From Sminthopsis crassicaudata (lineage: Eukaryota), in NCBI RefSeq assembly GCF_048593235.1, contig NC_133622.1, forward strand, positions 31,558,001 to 31,622,000: a DNA stretch of 64,000 nucleotides, read 5' to 3'. Every line of letters starts with the position of its first letter. The first letter of the stretch is position 1. The translations under genes were made by a program, and so were the position numbers. This document shows, piece after piece, positions 1 to 12,249 of this stretch. Under the pieces are notes generated by a model. The model was not told where the DNA came from. It ran no database searches and was given only the letters and a program-made list of their open reading frames with translations.

Positions 1-80
1 TCACACAGCTGGGAAGTGTTAAGTGTCTGAGACTAGATTTGAACTCAGGTCCTCCTGACTTCAGAGCTTGTGCTCTATCC
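1..80 (-). mobile_element. Marsupial CORE-SINE (WSINE1-like), truncated by window edge
   Basis: Reverse complement of the element at 26479 and 38875 (ggatagagcac...gagttcaaatc...cttcctagctgtgtga). Confidence 0.8.
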
Positions 81-182
81 AAAAATATTTTGTACATAAT
101 TGAGGGAAAGTCACATGAGTTGCATCCTTGTGAGAAATTTGCTTTTTTAATTACTTTTTTTCCTCCTTCTCTTATATCCTAG

Positions 183-213
183 GAGCATTGACTGTAGTAG
201 AAAGCTGAAAAAT
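183..213 (+). CDS. LIMCH1: LIMCH1 exon, CH-domain C-terminal part: (G)+SIDCSRKLKN
   Basis: Pyrimidine tract then cctAG at 181-182; donor GTAAGT at 214; phase 0 join to 2416; matches remembered human SLDYSRKLKN. Confidence 0.9.
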
Positions 214-2415
214 GTAAGTTTCAATTTTACTCTGTACCTACATACAGATCTCTTTTATTATATATGTCAGGTTTTGTCGATAATCAAAGCTATTCAGTTT
301 GTGAGATTTTACCTTTATTTGCCTAAAAAAAATAAATAAATCCTTAGAATAAAATTATGTATAGCACTGATGGAGTAATTAATGACACTAATGGGAATAG
401 AAATAGCAAAATTTTAGTTTCTTTATAATTTAAGAAATACCAGATTTAGACAGAAATGAAATCTCCAGTGAGTTCTTTGATTACTTAGAGACCAAGTGAC
501 ATGGTAATAGTTATATTACACAGTCTCTCACCAGTTTGTTAGGCACAGATGAGATTATTAAATTAAGATGTTTGGGCAAACCGTTTTAAGAAAATGGTAA
601 AGTAATCGGAAATGGCAACTATTATAGGTAGGCTGTGTTTTTACTGACTGGTTTCTTCCATGGATCTTTCAAGTGTTCATTGGTGTTTTCTAACGATAAA
701 AGGAAAGAATGTATATGAAAACACTTTGTAATTGTACAATCATATGAAAGCAAGTTTCTATGCCAAGTCCACATTTTCCAGTTGGCTTTCATTTACAAAA
801 GACAAATAGGTTAAATCAATTCAATTTTAAATTTTGAAATGGAGAAAGAATATGGTCTAGTGCTTGTATCTAGAGAAATGGTCTAATGCTTATAATATTG
901 GCAGAAAGTGTTTGGATCCTCTTGGTTATGGGATAATGGTAGCTTGGGAGTTTGTTTTTTTCATCTTCTTAACTTGTAAACTTGACTGACACCCCCTTTT
1001 TCCCATTTCACCCCACTCAGTCTGCTGAAATTCCCCAGGTTTATGCTTCTTTCCCAGTAAAATTTCAGTTGTGTAAAAAAAGTCCATAGATTAAAGATGC
1101 ATGCTTTTAATGCCTTTGTGTCTGCCATCATGATTTTCCAAATAGTCTAATACACTTAGTGTACATTAGAGTTAGTTTATGACCCTGTCTAATGTAATGA
1201 CATTTGGAGGCTTTTATTCTCTGGAAATTTGCTTCTTAAATGTATTCAAGATCCAAGACTTGCATGGAAATGGGTGTTTGGGGAGAGTTGTGAAGGATAT
1301 TTTTGCCTGCACAAGTATAAAATCAAAATTTAATTGAAGCCACGATACCAGTGTCATATTTTGGGCTTATTGCCACTTGAAACCATGTGTAGATGCTGTG
1401 GTCTCCAAAACATATTCAGTCCTGATTAATGAAGGGAGGCAAGACAGATGGAGTGGTAACAACTAAATATTTAGAAACCTCCTTAATTTTGCTAATAAAA
1501 CAGTGCTGAAGATGGGAATGAAATCGCAGTTTTGCCTCTGCTGAGATTTTTCAGATCTGGATGGTTCTTAAGAGACTAGCCCTCAGCTAAAGCCTTTCTG
1601 GCCTTAATTTGGGAAATGCAACTTGATGAATGATTTTTTTTTCCCCTGAAAATTTTATTTAAAGGGATAAAAAAACCACAGCTTCATGATGAAATTGAAC
1701 ATAAAAGGTTACGAACATATGAGATGTTAATCCATAGCAGTGTCAGCATCAGCAAATTGAAGTCTTTGAGTTCCCAAGTAAATATAAATTAATTGTTAGT
1801 TCAAATCAAGCCCTTGATTTCTGATTCTAGCATTTGTTACCTCCCTGGCTTTGCGGTGGTGGTTGTAGTTGTTGGGTTTTTCCCTGGCTTAACTCAAATG
1901 CCGTTTTATGGTGGGGATAATTGTGATGTATAATGTGATTTCATTCCTACCTATTCTTCCTATCGGTACTACATAACAAACCCCCTCTGTAGAATCAAGA
2001 CCCTATTTTGCCTTTAAAGTAACCCACCATGTTTCAAGCCAATTGCTTGAGTTAATGAAGAGTCTAAGCAATTGAACTTTTCCTTGTTTAATTTTGAAAC
2101 ACTTTCATTCTTTAAAAATAATATAGGATTTTCTAGTCTTTCTTTCAGAGCCCTTTTCTTTTCCTATTTCCCTAAAATCTTAGTCCAGTGTAAACTACTG
2201 AATCCTGTTTGTGTGGACTGACATAACATTAGGTTCTTATTAAAATGAATTTTACATTTAATGGGTACCTCATGGATGGGGAGCCTTTTGTAAATCAATA
2301 TCAGACATTCCCCCTCTTCTGCCTTCCTCATAGTACTGAGTATAGATTCTCCAGTAAGCCGAAAAGTAATCTGACAAAGGGGTTCTGTACTTATACCTCT
2401 CTTTTTTTTCCTCAG

Positions 2416-2526
2416 GTATTAGTTACAATTTACTGGCTTGGGAAGGCAGCGAACAGCTGCACAGCATACAGTGGAACCACACTGAACCTGAAGGAGTTTG
2501 AAGGATTGTTGGCACAGATGCGAAAG
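2416..2526 (+). CDS. LIMCH1: LIMCH1 exon [37 protein letters not shown]
   Basis: ttttcctcAG acceptor, donor GTAACT at 2527; 111 nt, phase 0-0; embedded in track ORF 2245..2682. Confidence 0.97.
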
Positions 2527-4371
2527 GTAACTAAACTCTTCATCTTTGGCTTGGGAGGGCTGTTAAAGGATGAAAAGGAGCAAGCTCAAGTCTCCTGTAT
2601 TTGGAAGGGCATCCCAGTTCAGGGTTGCAGTATTTCATGGAGACACAAATGTTTCAGACATGTGCAAACCACCATGTTTTAAAATTGATTTAAATCTTTG
2701 CCATATGTATCCCCCGCGTACCTGAATTGTCCAACCTTCACATCCAAGAGAATTGAGTCCAAGCAGATCTGATTCAGACTAGAGTTGTCTTTCGCTGGCT
2801 TGGGCAAATTTTGACAGTGCTAATTTGTTTTTAGAAGGAAACCATTTGATTAAAACAAATTTTAGAGAAAATGAAAACATTTTGCACTTTAATTTTAAGT
2901 CATTTTATTCAGTCTTTATAACCAATGACATAGTATGTAGAAATCTGGAGAAACTAAAAACGTTTTGTTTCCATTTTCATCATTACAACTATGACAAAGT
3001 AATGAGTTGGATATTGAAAAGACAATTCAGCAGCCTAATATAATTGTCATTGTAGAGTATACTTATTAATTTAATTTGGTTCAATTTAGAGAAAAAATAA
3101 ATCTTTTTTTTTTTTTTAAGTCTGAGTGAGGGAATTTTTAAAAATGTAACCCAAATTTGTTTTTATCTTGAATTATATACACAATAACTTATGAGATCTG
3201 CTAACAATGTTTCCCAGTAAAAATTCGGTTGAAGCTGCTTTGATGTACAGATAAACACGGTTTTAATTAATAACATACATTTATATACATCAAGGGTTTA
3301 TATGGTTAGGAGAATATGTTAGGGGTTTTCAAAACCAGATTGATTACAATACTTCTTGAAACGGAGATACTGGAATGCATATATTAAGTTACATCTGATG
3401 GTTTTAGTGGGATAAGAAACAATAATAACAGTAATGCTAACTGACCTTTCATAGCACTCTATGCAAAGGTATGCAAGACATATTATCCCAGTTTTGCCCA
3501 GGCTGAGAGGTGACTAACAGTGTCTTTTAATAAAGATGCATTTTGAACCTGGGTCTTTTTCATTTTAAGTTCAGTGTTCTGATCACCTTTCCATCCCGTT
3601 TCTCAGACTCTGACAGCACTTAGGAAGTCTGATTCTTAGTTCAATGTTGTACTTGTCTGGATAACTCATCTCATACAATAAAGCATTTCCTGAATTTGAC
3701 TAGTGTCCCATCTCTCAAAGTGTGCATTAATCTTCAAAATCTCCCACATTCACCATTTTATACTAGCTCTAGATTTCCATACTAGGAATGAACATAATCA
3801 GTAGTAGTTACATAGTGTATTGAGGTTTTAAGAGAGCTGTTTTATCTGAAGGAATAAAATCAGGCTCAGAACAGGTTATAAAGGTCGCATAGACCAGACC
3901 ATTGATTAACTGATCGATTGAGCCTCATTCTCTCAAGGCAAAATTGCAGTAGCCATTCATGTACTTCATCTTACAATTCTGATCTGCTTGAATGCTTCAA
4001 CTTGGAAACAGCTTTCCTTTCCTTAAGCATTCTGGGTCCTCACATGGTTCATTATATTGGTGTGGATACCGGCTTGACTTTAGCCAAAGAGCCCAAGAAC
4101 CTCAACTTCTCTGGTGGCAGAGAATTATTGGTTTGTGCCACTTACCTTTTTGTTTAATAACTCAAGGCTAATTCAGCATGTCACATGTCTTCATATAAGA
4201 TTAAATTGTTTTAGTCTACAGAAAAATTAAAATAATTAATAAATTAAAAGTGATACTACTGTCATTTTTGCCACATTAAAATTTGTCTGTAATTTTAAAA
4301 GGAATACAGGAAAGCATTTTACGACAGATATGTTTTAATTACTTTAATATTTTCAGCACCTGTAATTTTCT

Positions 4372-4545
4372 AGAATTACAGATTTAAGGCTACAAGGGAT
4401 TTTCATACTCATGTAATTCAAGCCTTTCATTTTACAAATGAAGCTACTGAGCCCCAGAGAGTTAATAGTGTTACAGAAGAAGTAAATATCAGGTAGAATT
4501 TGAACTCTGATTGTCTGACTCAAGGCAACATTCTTTCCTCTGTGT
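4372..4545 (-). mobile_element. MIR/MIR3-type SINE remnant
   Basis: ctttcattttacaaatgaagctactgagccccagagag CORE motif. Confidence 0.55.
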
Positions 4546-5917
4546 TGTAATGTTCCTGAGGATTTCCCTTTTATTGTTGTATTTATCTGTTTATTTTTGT
4601 TAATTTATTGTTGTATTATTGTTGCATTTATGCACAGCCCAATCCCTCCATACCTTTGTAGAAGAATGAATGAATGAACAGACATATGGCTCAACTTGGA
4701 ATCATGAATATCTCCAGCCTTAACTAGGCTGGTTCTTGGAAGACAGATGGGCAGGACCAGGTCTGAGTGTTATGCAGATTCAGCCTGTGTAAATATACTT
4801 ACATGTGTCTGTATGCAGGCACGTATGGGGAACGCCTAGTACAAGGGGAGAAAAGCTGGCAGTAGCGGGGGGCTGGGAGAGTGATCCTGGCTTTAGCCTT
4901 TTAGCAGATTGTTTATTCTCTTTGCACATTCTGGGCACTTGGGATGGCAAATGAGGACTTAAACCTGTGCCCTCTTATTCCCAAGTTGGGAATTCTTTCT
5001 CTTCTGCCCTTCAATAGCAGGAAGGTATCTGGGACCCCATCGTAAACCGGCGTCGTCCTGTTGGGCAATCGGGGAGCAAACGCAGTCCTCTGACAGGACT
5101 TCGGTAGGAACCTGTGAAAAGTTTGACTTGTTTCTGGAACCACACACATCGATTTCTGGCTGTAACACAAGGCGCTCGCTCTGCTTTAGATTCCGGGGAA
5201 GGGTGCCGGCCAAGGATGACTACAGGGGCTAAGTTTTTGGTTTTCGAATGGGCCACGCTGCTCCGTTTCCAGTTCCAGAACTTGATCCAAGATTTCTGCT
5301 CTTGGCTTGCATGCAGTCATGAACATAGCTGACTTTTGTACTGTTTTTCTTTCCCATAACTAGCTGTGTGAGAGCAGATGGAGCTCAAAGTAACCTATTG
5401 ACTTTCTTCCCCCGCTATCCATTTTTCTTTCTCCTCTAGTTGGGGGAGAGGTATTTGGATGGTCCTCCTGATATTTTTCCCCTTGAAGCCCATTCTAATA
5501 GTGAGATGCCAAATAACTGGGACTGGGACTACTTTTGACAGCTAATTTTAGATGGGGTCAACAATACCTACGTTTTTATGGTCAACTACTGTCAACTTTG
5601 AATATTTTGCAGTGGATTACCCCTAGTGTATCTTAAGTGACTAGTAAATAGCACCAATCTAAGAGAAAAATGGAGGCAGCAGAGAGAAAAGAATTTGGAG
5701 CTCAAATCCTTAAAAAGTGAATATTAAAAAGGATACTGGGAAAATAGAATAACTGGCATTATTAGGTAATTAAAGGCAATGGAAAAATAAATATTTTTAT
5801 TTGTTAAGTTTTTTACTGATGTCATTTTTATATCAACATTTTTCCTCTAGTATCACTTCTCTTATCACTTCAAAGAAATATTATATATAACAAATAGTAT
5901 ATATATATATATATGCA

Positions 5918-6061
5918 ATTTTTTTTTTTTCTGAGGCACTTGAGGTTATGTGACTTGCCCAGGGTCACACAACTAGGAAGTGTTAAGTATCTGAGGTAAG
6001 ATTTGAACTCAGATCCTCCTGATTTCGGGGTTGGTGCTCTATCCACTGCCATCTAGCTGCC
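5918..6061 (-). mobile_element. WSINE1-like SINE with poly(T) tail
   Basis: Full head to tail on the minus strand; possible TSD AACAAATAG at 5889-5897 and 6064-6072. Confidence 0.85.
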
Positions 6062-8199
6062 TCAACAAATAGCATTTTTAAGCACAAAAAAAAAGAGGGG
6101 AAAAAAATCAGCACAACTGGTCAATACACTTAAAATGTCAGAAAATATATATGCTGTATAGAACACTTGTGGACCTTCTCCCTCTCTACAAAGGGTTAAT
6201 ATATAGCAAACAGTATTTTTAAGTACAAGAAATAGGGGGAAAATCAGCACAACTGGTCAATACATTTAAAATGTTAGAAAATATGTGTGATGTGCAATAC
6301 TTATGAACCTTCTACCCCTACAAAAGGGTGGCATTGGATTTTTAATGTTTTTCTTTGAAGCCATTCTTGTTTTGTTTTGTTTTTTATAATTTTGGAATAT
6401 TCGCTTAAAACTTGTTGAGAAGGTTATATTTATTTCTTATAAATAAGTACTTTAAAATATTTAAAATTGGAAATCATGTTGGAAGTGACAATTCACTTTC
6501 TCCCTTTGATATAGGTCATTGTGTTTTGAAAAGTTTTTTTTCATTAATCATATTTTAGCCTTTGGAAACAAGACTTTGGCTTTTGCTTTTAAACTTTTTT
6601 TTGAATGTTGTGCTGATTTTTTTCCCTCTGTGCTTAGAAATACTAATTGTTTTATATATATAAATATATTTCTGTGGAACGGATAGGAAAAGAGATACTG
6701 GGGGGATGAATGGTGATATTTTTAAATGACTTCAGTAAACACCTTTATTTTTATTTAACATATATTTATTTTTCCCTCTTTAATAGTATTGTGTTTTTTT
6801 CCAATTTTATGTAAATACAGTTTTCAACCTTCCCTTTTAAAGACTTTGAGTTCAAATTTTTTTTTTCTCCCTGCTAGCTCCATTTCTCTCTTAGGTTGGT
6901 GCTATTTATGAATCAGTTTGTAATTATACTGATCATATAATTTTTTTTCACCAACATGAAAATGGTGATTGCCATCACATTCTTAGATCTTAGATCTTAG
7001 ATCTTCTCTGTTTGGGATTTAGTACTTCTACTTGGAAAGATGTCGTGTCTTCTTGTCTTACTGATTTTGGCCAGTCATCCATTATGAGAATTGTAGAAAA
7101 ACAACAGACAAATACGTGCATATTGTATTTTAAAGTATCAGCAAAGAGTATGAAGGAACAAATGATCATTTTCCATTAAAAGGCACATTAAATGATGCTA
7201 AACCAATAAGAAGCCAGCTTTTTAGTCACAAGCTTAATTTCCTCCAATTGCTAATATTTTTTCCCATCGACTTGAACACAAACAGTTGCACACAGTGGAC
7301 ACATCAGCAAAGTGGCTGAGTTTGCCTAGTATGTGGCAGATTTTCTGAACTTTTGTCACTGTATTGTCCCCAAACTGCTTCGTGGAATCCTGCCCTGTTT
7401 TTCCGACCCCCCCTTCCTTTGGAAGAAGCTTCTTTAAAGGGACTTTCCTCTGGCCCCAAGGCTTGGCAGCTCAGCCCTCATCTGTGAAGGAGTCAGAGGG
7501 TGCTAATATTTCAGTCTTGCCCTTTGCATGTCACCCACTCTTTCTTTTAGTGCAAAGCCTTTGTCTGTCGAGGCGCATTGCGGCTACCCCCAGCATCCTC
7601 CTAGGCTGAGATGGGAGCGGTTATGGCTCGTCCAGAAGGTGGTCACTGCAGCATCCTTGGCTGTTGTGGGCTTGGAGCCCTGCTCCCACTGCTGCCTGAC
7701 TCTAGATCGGGTTGAAGAACTTTTCACATCGCTTATTCTCTTTTCATTCCTGTAGTGTGGGAGGAGGACATCTTGAAATGAATTTGTAAGCATCTCCAGA
7801 AATTCAGAGTTTCACATTCCAGACTCTTCAGCTTCGAAAAGGCCAATCTATGAATGTCTGATTTTTAAGTGACACAGTCTGGGAAATGGAATTGGGGGGG
7901 GGGGGGGTTGGTTAAGAAATTAAATCGAGGTTTATCTTTGAATGACCATAGTTATTTTTGTTTTCCTCAGCCTGGGCTGTTGTAATTAATGCTAAGACAT
8001 TGGCTAATACAAGGGATTTATTATAACACGAGGGTGAGGATGGCTTTGACTGACCTTTCTCTCTGCTGGAGTTTCAGTGTTTTAGTATGTGTTGCTTGTG
8101 CTGGAAAGAATTTATAATCACAGGACTGTCAAAGACAACCATTGTTCTCACTGCTCTGAACATGTGGGTCAGCTCCAAGTGCTTTCATATCCCCCCAGA

Positions 8200-8475
8200 G
8201 CCAAGAGCTGGCAAAGGGGGAAGAGCAGGACTGAATTCTTCTGAGGCATCGGGAGAAGCCTTTTGCATATTTTTCATTGCTGATTGCCTCCGAAAGACAT
8301 CTCTCTTTCATAACAGGAATTTCCCTTCGAGGTAGAGGGAGAGTGGGAGCCTGCTAGGCTAGGAGGGATCTCGCCTGGTTGATTCCACGGCATAAACAAG
8401 TGCTTGCCCGCCATCAGCCACATATAGCGTCCTGTGGCTGAGCAAGCAGCTTCTCTCTATTCTAGACATGTAGCT
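8200..8475 (+). promoter_or_regulatory. Putative internal promoter / 5' UTR of the CH-less LIMCH1 isoform
   Basis: Directly upstream of the MDSE start; locally more GC/CpG-rich; kappaB-type GGAATTTCCC at 8316-8325, forkhead-type TAAACAA at 8393-8399. Confidence 0.45.
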
Positions 8476-8499
8476 ATGGACTCCGAGAAACGAATCCAG
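8476..8499 (+). CDS. LIMCH1: Coding part of internal alternative first exon, copy 1 (MDSEKRIQ)
   Basis: ATG at 8476, CAG|GTGAAA donor at 8500, phase 0 to exon 9457; aligns residue for residue with the remembered CH-less human N-terminus MDSERQVK-DTDDIES. Confidence 0.75.
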
Positions 8500-8616
8500 G
8501 TGAAAGACTTAGTTCTGCCTTTCTCTTTTCACTTGCTCATCACCTCCTGTCTCTTGTCATTTCAAATGAGCTGATGCTCTTTGGTCTTAATCCTTTGTGA
8601 GATTTAAAGATTGGAT

Positions 8617-8617
<1 letters not shown>

Positions 8618-8664
<47 letters not shown>
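8618..8664. repeat. (TG)n microsatellite; second array at 8963-9004
   Basis: Read directly. Confidence 0.97.
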
Positions 8665-8665
<1 letters not shown>

Positions 8666-8762
8666 TGGGAGGGGATTCGGTTGCTTTGGAAATTTCTTAT
8701 TTAAAGTATCGATTATAAATTATGCTGCATGTGCAGCTTCTCTCTATTCTACACATGTAACT

Positions 8763-8786
8763 ATGGACTCCAAAAGACAAATCCAG
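8763..8786 (+). CDS. LIMCH1: Duplicated alternative first exon, copy 2 (MDSKRQIQ)
   Basis: Second copy 287 bp downstream, with intact ATG and CAG|GTGAAG donor; usage unknown. Confidence 0.4.
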
Positions 8787-8961
8787 GTGAAGGACTTAGT
8801 TCTGCCTTTCTCTTTTCACTTGCTCATCACCTCCTGTCTCTTGTCAATTCCAATAAGCTGATGCTCTTTGATCTTAATCATTTGTGGGATTTAAACATTG
8901 GATAGTTAGTGGTGTGTGTGAGAGAGATTGGATTGCTTTGGAAATTTATTGTTTAAATTAA

Positions 8962-9004
<43 letters not shown>

Positions 9005-9005
<1 letters not shown>

Positions 9006-9235
9006 TGTGTATGATGGGAGGAGATTGGGTTGCTTTTGAAATTTATTATTTAAATTAAAATGTGTGTGTGTGATGGGAGGGTATTGGGTTGCTTTGGAAA
9101 TTTATTATTTAAGTTAAAATGTGTGTGTGTGATGGGAGGGTATTGGGTTGCTTTGGAAATTTATTATTTAAGTTAAAATGTGTGTGTGTGATGGGAGGGT
9201 ATTGGGTTGCTTTGGAAATTTATTATTTAAATTAT
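9005..9235. repeat. Minisatellite, 59-bp unit, about 4 copies
   Basis: atgtgtgtgtgtgatgggagggtattgggttgctttggaaatttattatttaagttaaa recurs with period 59. Confidence 0.92.
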
Positions 9236-9456
9236 TTATTACAAATTATGTGGTATGTATGTTTATAGTGGTGAGAACTCAGACAGAGGAGACAGAATGG
9301 GAGGGAGATTATCAATAACTTGAAAGTGGTCCTCTCATGGAACCCTCACATTCTTACATCAGATAAAGGACCATGACCCATGAATGTATCATTTGTAGAG
9401 ACTACAGAGATTTGGACTTCTTTAGTTTTTGTGACTTCTTTTTTATTTTTTGATAG

Positions 9457-9652
9457 GAAACCGATGACATTGAAAGCCCCAAACGCAGCATCCGAGACAG
9501 TGGCTACATAGACTGCTGGGATTCAGAGCGTAGCGATTCTCTTTCTCCTCCCCGGCATGGTCGAGATGATTCTTTTGACAGTTTGGATTCATTTGGCTCC
9601 CGTTCCCAGCAGACGCCCTCCCCAGATGTAGTCATCAGAGGAAGCAGCGATG
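9457..9652 (+). CDS. LIMCH1: LIMCH1 exon [65 protein letters not shown]+G
   Basis: ttttttgatAG acceptor, GTGAGT donor at 9653; 196 nt, phase 0-1; missed by the ORF track. Confidence 0.97.
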
Positions 9653-10621
9653 GTGAGTTGCTATTGCTATTCATTACATGTCTCGGGCTTAATTTGTTGT
9701 CGGGGAGCTGGATTTTAGCTTTTGTCTTAGGGATGACCTAGCCGGGTAATTCTATAATCGGTAGATGAAAAAATATTTGGGGATAAAAAGGGAAAAAAAA
9801 TGATGTTTGAGTGATGCAAGATTTTGATGATCTTGCCAGAAGTTGGTTTGAACTTTGCCTCAGTTACTGTATGTGCTATTGGAAAATGTATTACATCAGA
9901 GTACTGAACTATAATTTATGAAACCTTGGCTCTCAGGGATTCAGCAAAACAAGATGCTGAGCAGACTCATTAACTCGTAAACTTTCCCAAAGGTTAATGT
10001 ACTCTGGGTACCTGTAGGGGAAGTGTTTAAATGACTATCACATCAGCTATGAAAAAGGCTCAGCGACAAATGAAAATGCACTTTAACAAATTATTACAAT
10101 CATGATGGAATCTTGAGAGGAGTTCTTTTCAGTAATCTGTCTGATCTAATGGATTGATGAGAAGGTTCTGTAGTTATTAAGACAACAGTGGATCACATAG
10201 CAAATTTGTACGTTTATTTCCAGAACACATCTGATTTAGATAAAATTGATTTTAAAATCACCAGCCAAGAACATGGTCTAAATTTTTTAAAATAGTGACT
10301 TCCTGTTGCCTAATTCAGCTGTATTCCACATTCTCCACAATTCCTTTATTTCATACCTGTTCATGGCCTTTACTCGGCATAGACTAGTTGGTGGAGAAAC
10401 ACCTATTAAAATGGTCTTGTATTTGTACGTACTGTGTGTTGTTGCTTCTGAAACTCATAGCTATGATTGGGGATCTAAAACAGCTTTTCTATGGTCTCTT
10501 TTCTTCAAAATTCAGTGCTGGGATTCTATGATCTCTCTATACAGTGTTTCCCTCAGTGTTTAGCCCAGGGTCACCTTTCTTGATTCCTCTCTCCCCCAAA
10601 ATATATTTTTTTTATATTCTT

Positions 10622-10774
10622 NNNNNNNNNNNNNNNNNNNNNNNNNNNNNNNNNNNNNNNNNNNNNNNNNNNNNNNNNNNNNNNNNNNNNNNNNNNNNNN
10701 NNNNNNNNNNNNNNNNNNNNNNNNNNNNNNNNNNNNNNNNNNNNNNNNNNNNNNNNNNNNNNNNNNNNNNNNNN
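10622..10774. other. Assembly gap (others at 20059-20186, 46265-46397, 49311-49442, 53802-53938, 54570-54743)
   Basis: N runs. Confidence 0.99.
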
Positions 10775-11124
10775 TTCCTTTAGCCATCTGGTCAGATCAC
10801 TCATATTATAGATGAGAAAACAGGGACTTGGATAGGTCAATAATTGGCCAAAGTGGGGGAGAATTTACCCCTAAGATCTTCAGACTCCAAAACAATATAA
10901 ACTCTTAGTAGACTTGAAAATTTATAGATTTTCAAATAGCTATTTTAATGTCCTTTTCAGATGCTTATTAAATCCAAATTTATCCTATGCCTTTATTTTA
11001 GTCATGGATTCAAATATCAACACTACTGGGTCAAGGACAGAGTCTGGTGTATTGTACAAGAGACCTTTCCAATGTGGCACCAATTCATTAATGATTATTC
11101 TTTGGGCCTTCAACCAGTTTTAAA

Positions 11125-11370
11125 CACACCTAATTGTGTAGTGTTCCATCATGTGTGACTCTTCATGACCCCATTTAAGCTTTTCTTGGAAAAGATACTA
11201 GAGTGGTTTGCCATTTCCTTTTCCATTTTACAGATAAGGGAAAAGGCAAACAGGATTAAGTGACTTGACCAGAGTCACACAGCCAGTGCCCGAGGCCAAA
11301 TTTGAACCCAGGAAGAGGAGCCATCTTAATTCCAGGCTGGACACTTTGTCCATCGCAACACTTAGACATC
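11125..11370 (-). mobile_element. Mar1-like SINE (CORE plus RTE-derived tail)
   Basis: gaccccattt...ttcttgg...gagtggtttgccatttcctt, the RTE/BovB-type tail, followed by CORE sequence. Confidence 0.7.
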
Positions 11371-12249
11371 CTTTGTATGGCTTGCTTACATTTTGCCATC
11401 TTTTTTTTTTTTTCCTAAGAATAGCCTGAGATGATTCACTAAAAGCTAGGTAAATAATAAGCTGTTCATATATACAGCCTTCCCAGATCTTTATCAGTCT
11501 AGAAACGTCATCAGAAAAACAATTTGGATTTTTCTGACCTAACTCATTTTTTTTCCTTTCTCTAGATGTTCACAAATGGTCTTTTTAACATCTTGTAGAA
11601 TTTTACATATAATCTAAGTTAAGCTATTATTAGCCTAGAGTTTGTAGGTTTTATTCTCTTCCCTTTTTTGAAAATGGGGTATTTTGCCCTTCTTCATTCC
11701 TACATCACCATTCACATTTTCTTTCAAAGATCACCGATGACTGGACCGTTAATAGATCTTAGAGATTTGGTGATTTGAACTCATCACAGGTAGAGTCTAA
11801 CTTATTTGGAAGCAACTGTTTTGAACATCAATTCCCTTCTTACAATTTTTGTTTTATCTTTTCTGTTCCAAAAATCATGACTAAGTAGGCAGACTTCAAA
11901 ATAATTTGAAGAGAAAAAGGACCCCAGGGCCTGAGGGGAACAGAAAGTGCTCCATTGTGGAGTTGATTTGTGAAAACAGAGAAAAGGATTGGAAATTTGT
12001 GAAATTGGAGTGAATTTGTGAGTGGAAGCATAGGTGACAGTAAAAATAAGAACCAAGATGCTGGGTTGGGTGAAAGTGTAGTTGGAATGAAGAATTTGTG
12101 AAGGGACCATTGCCAGTAAGGCTGAGAAGAAAGACTTGAGCCAGATTGTAAGATGACTTTACATATCAGGAAGAGAAGTTTGAATTTTGGACTAGACATA
12201 AGGGAACCATTGAATAATTAAATTACCTTATTAAAGTCATGCCTTAGTA

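Noticed and set aside
2245-2682. 145-aa ORF as a standalone gene
   Set aside because: Only 2416-2526 is LIMCH1 coding; the rest is intron read-through past clear splice sites
9005-9235. CRISPR-like array
   Set aside because: Head-to-tail units with no unique spacers, in mammalian DNA; it is a VNTR
10544-10840. ORFs containing X runs (also near 19920, 46217, 49257, 53623, 54520)
   Set aside because: Artefacts of translating through N gaps
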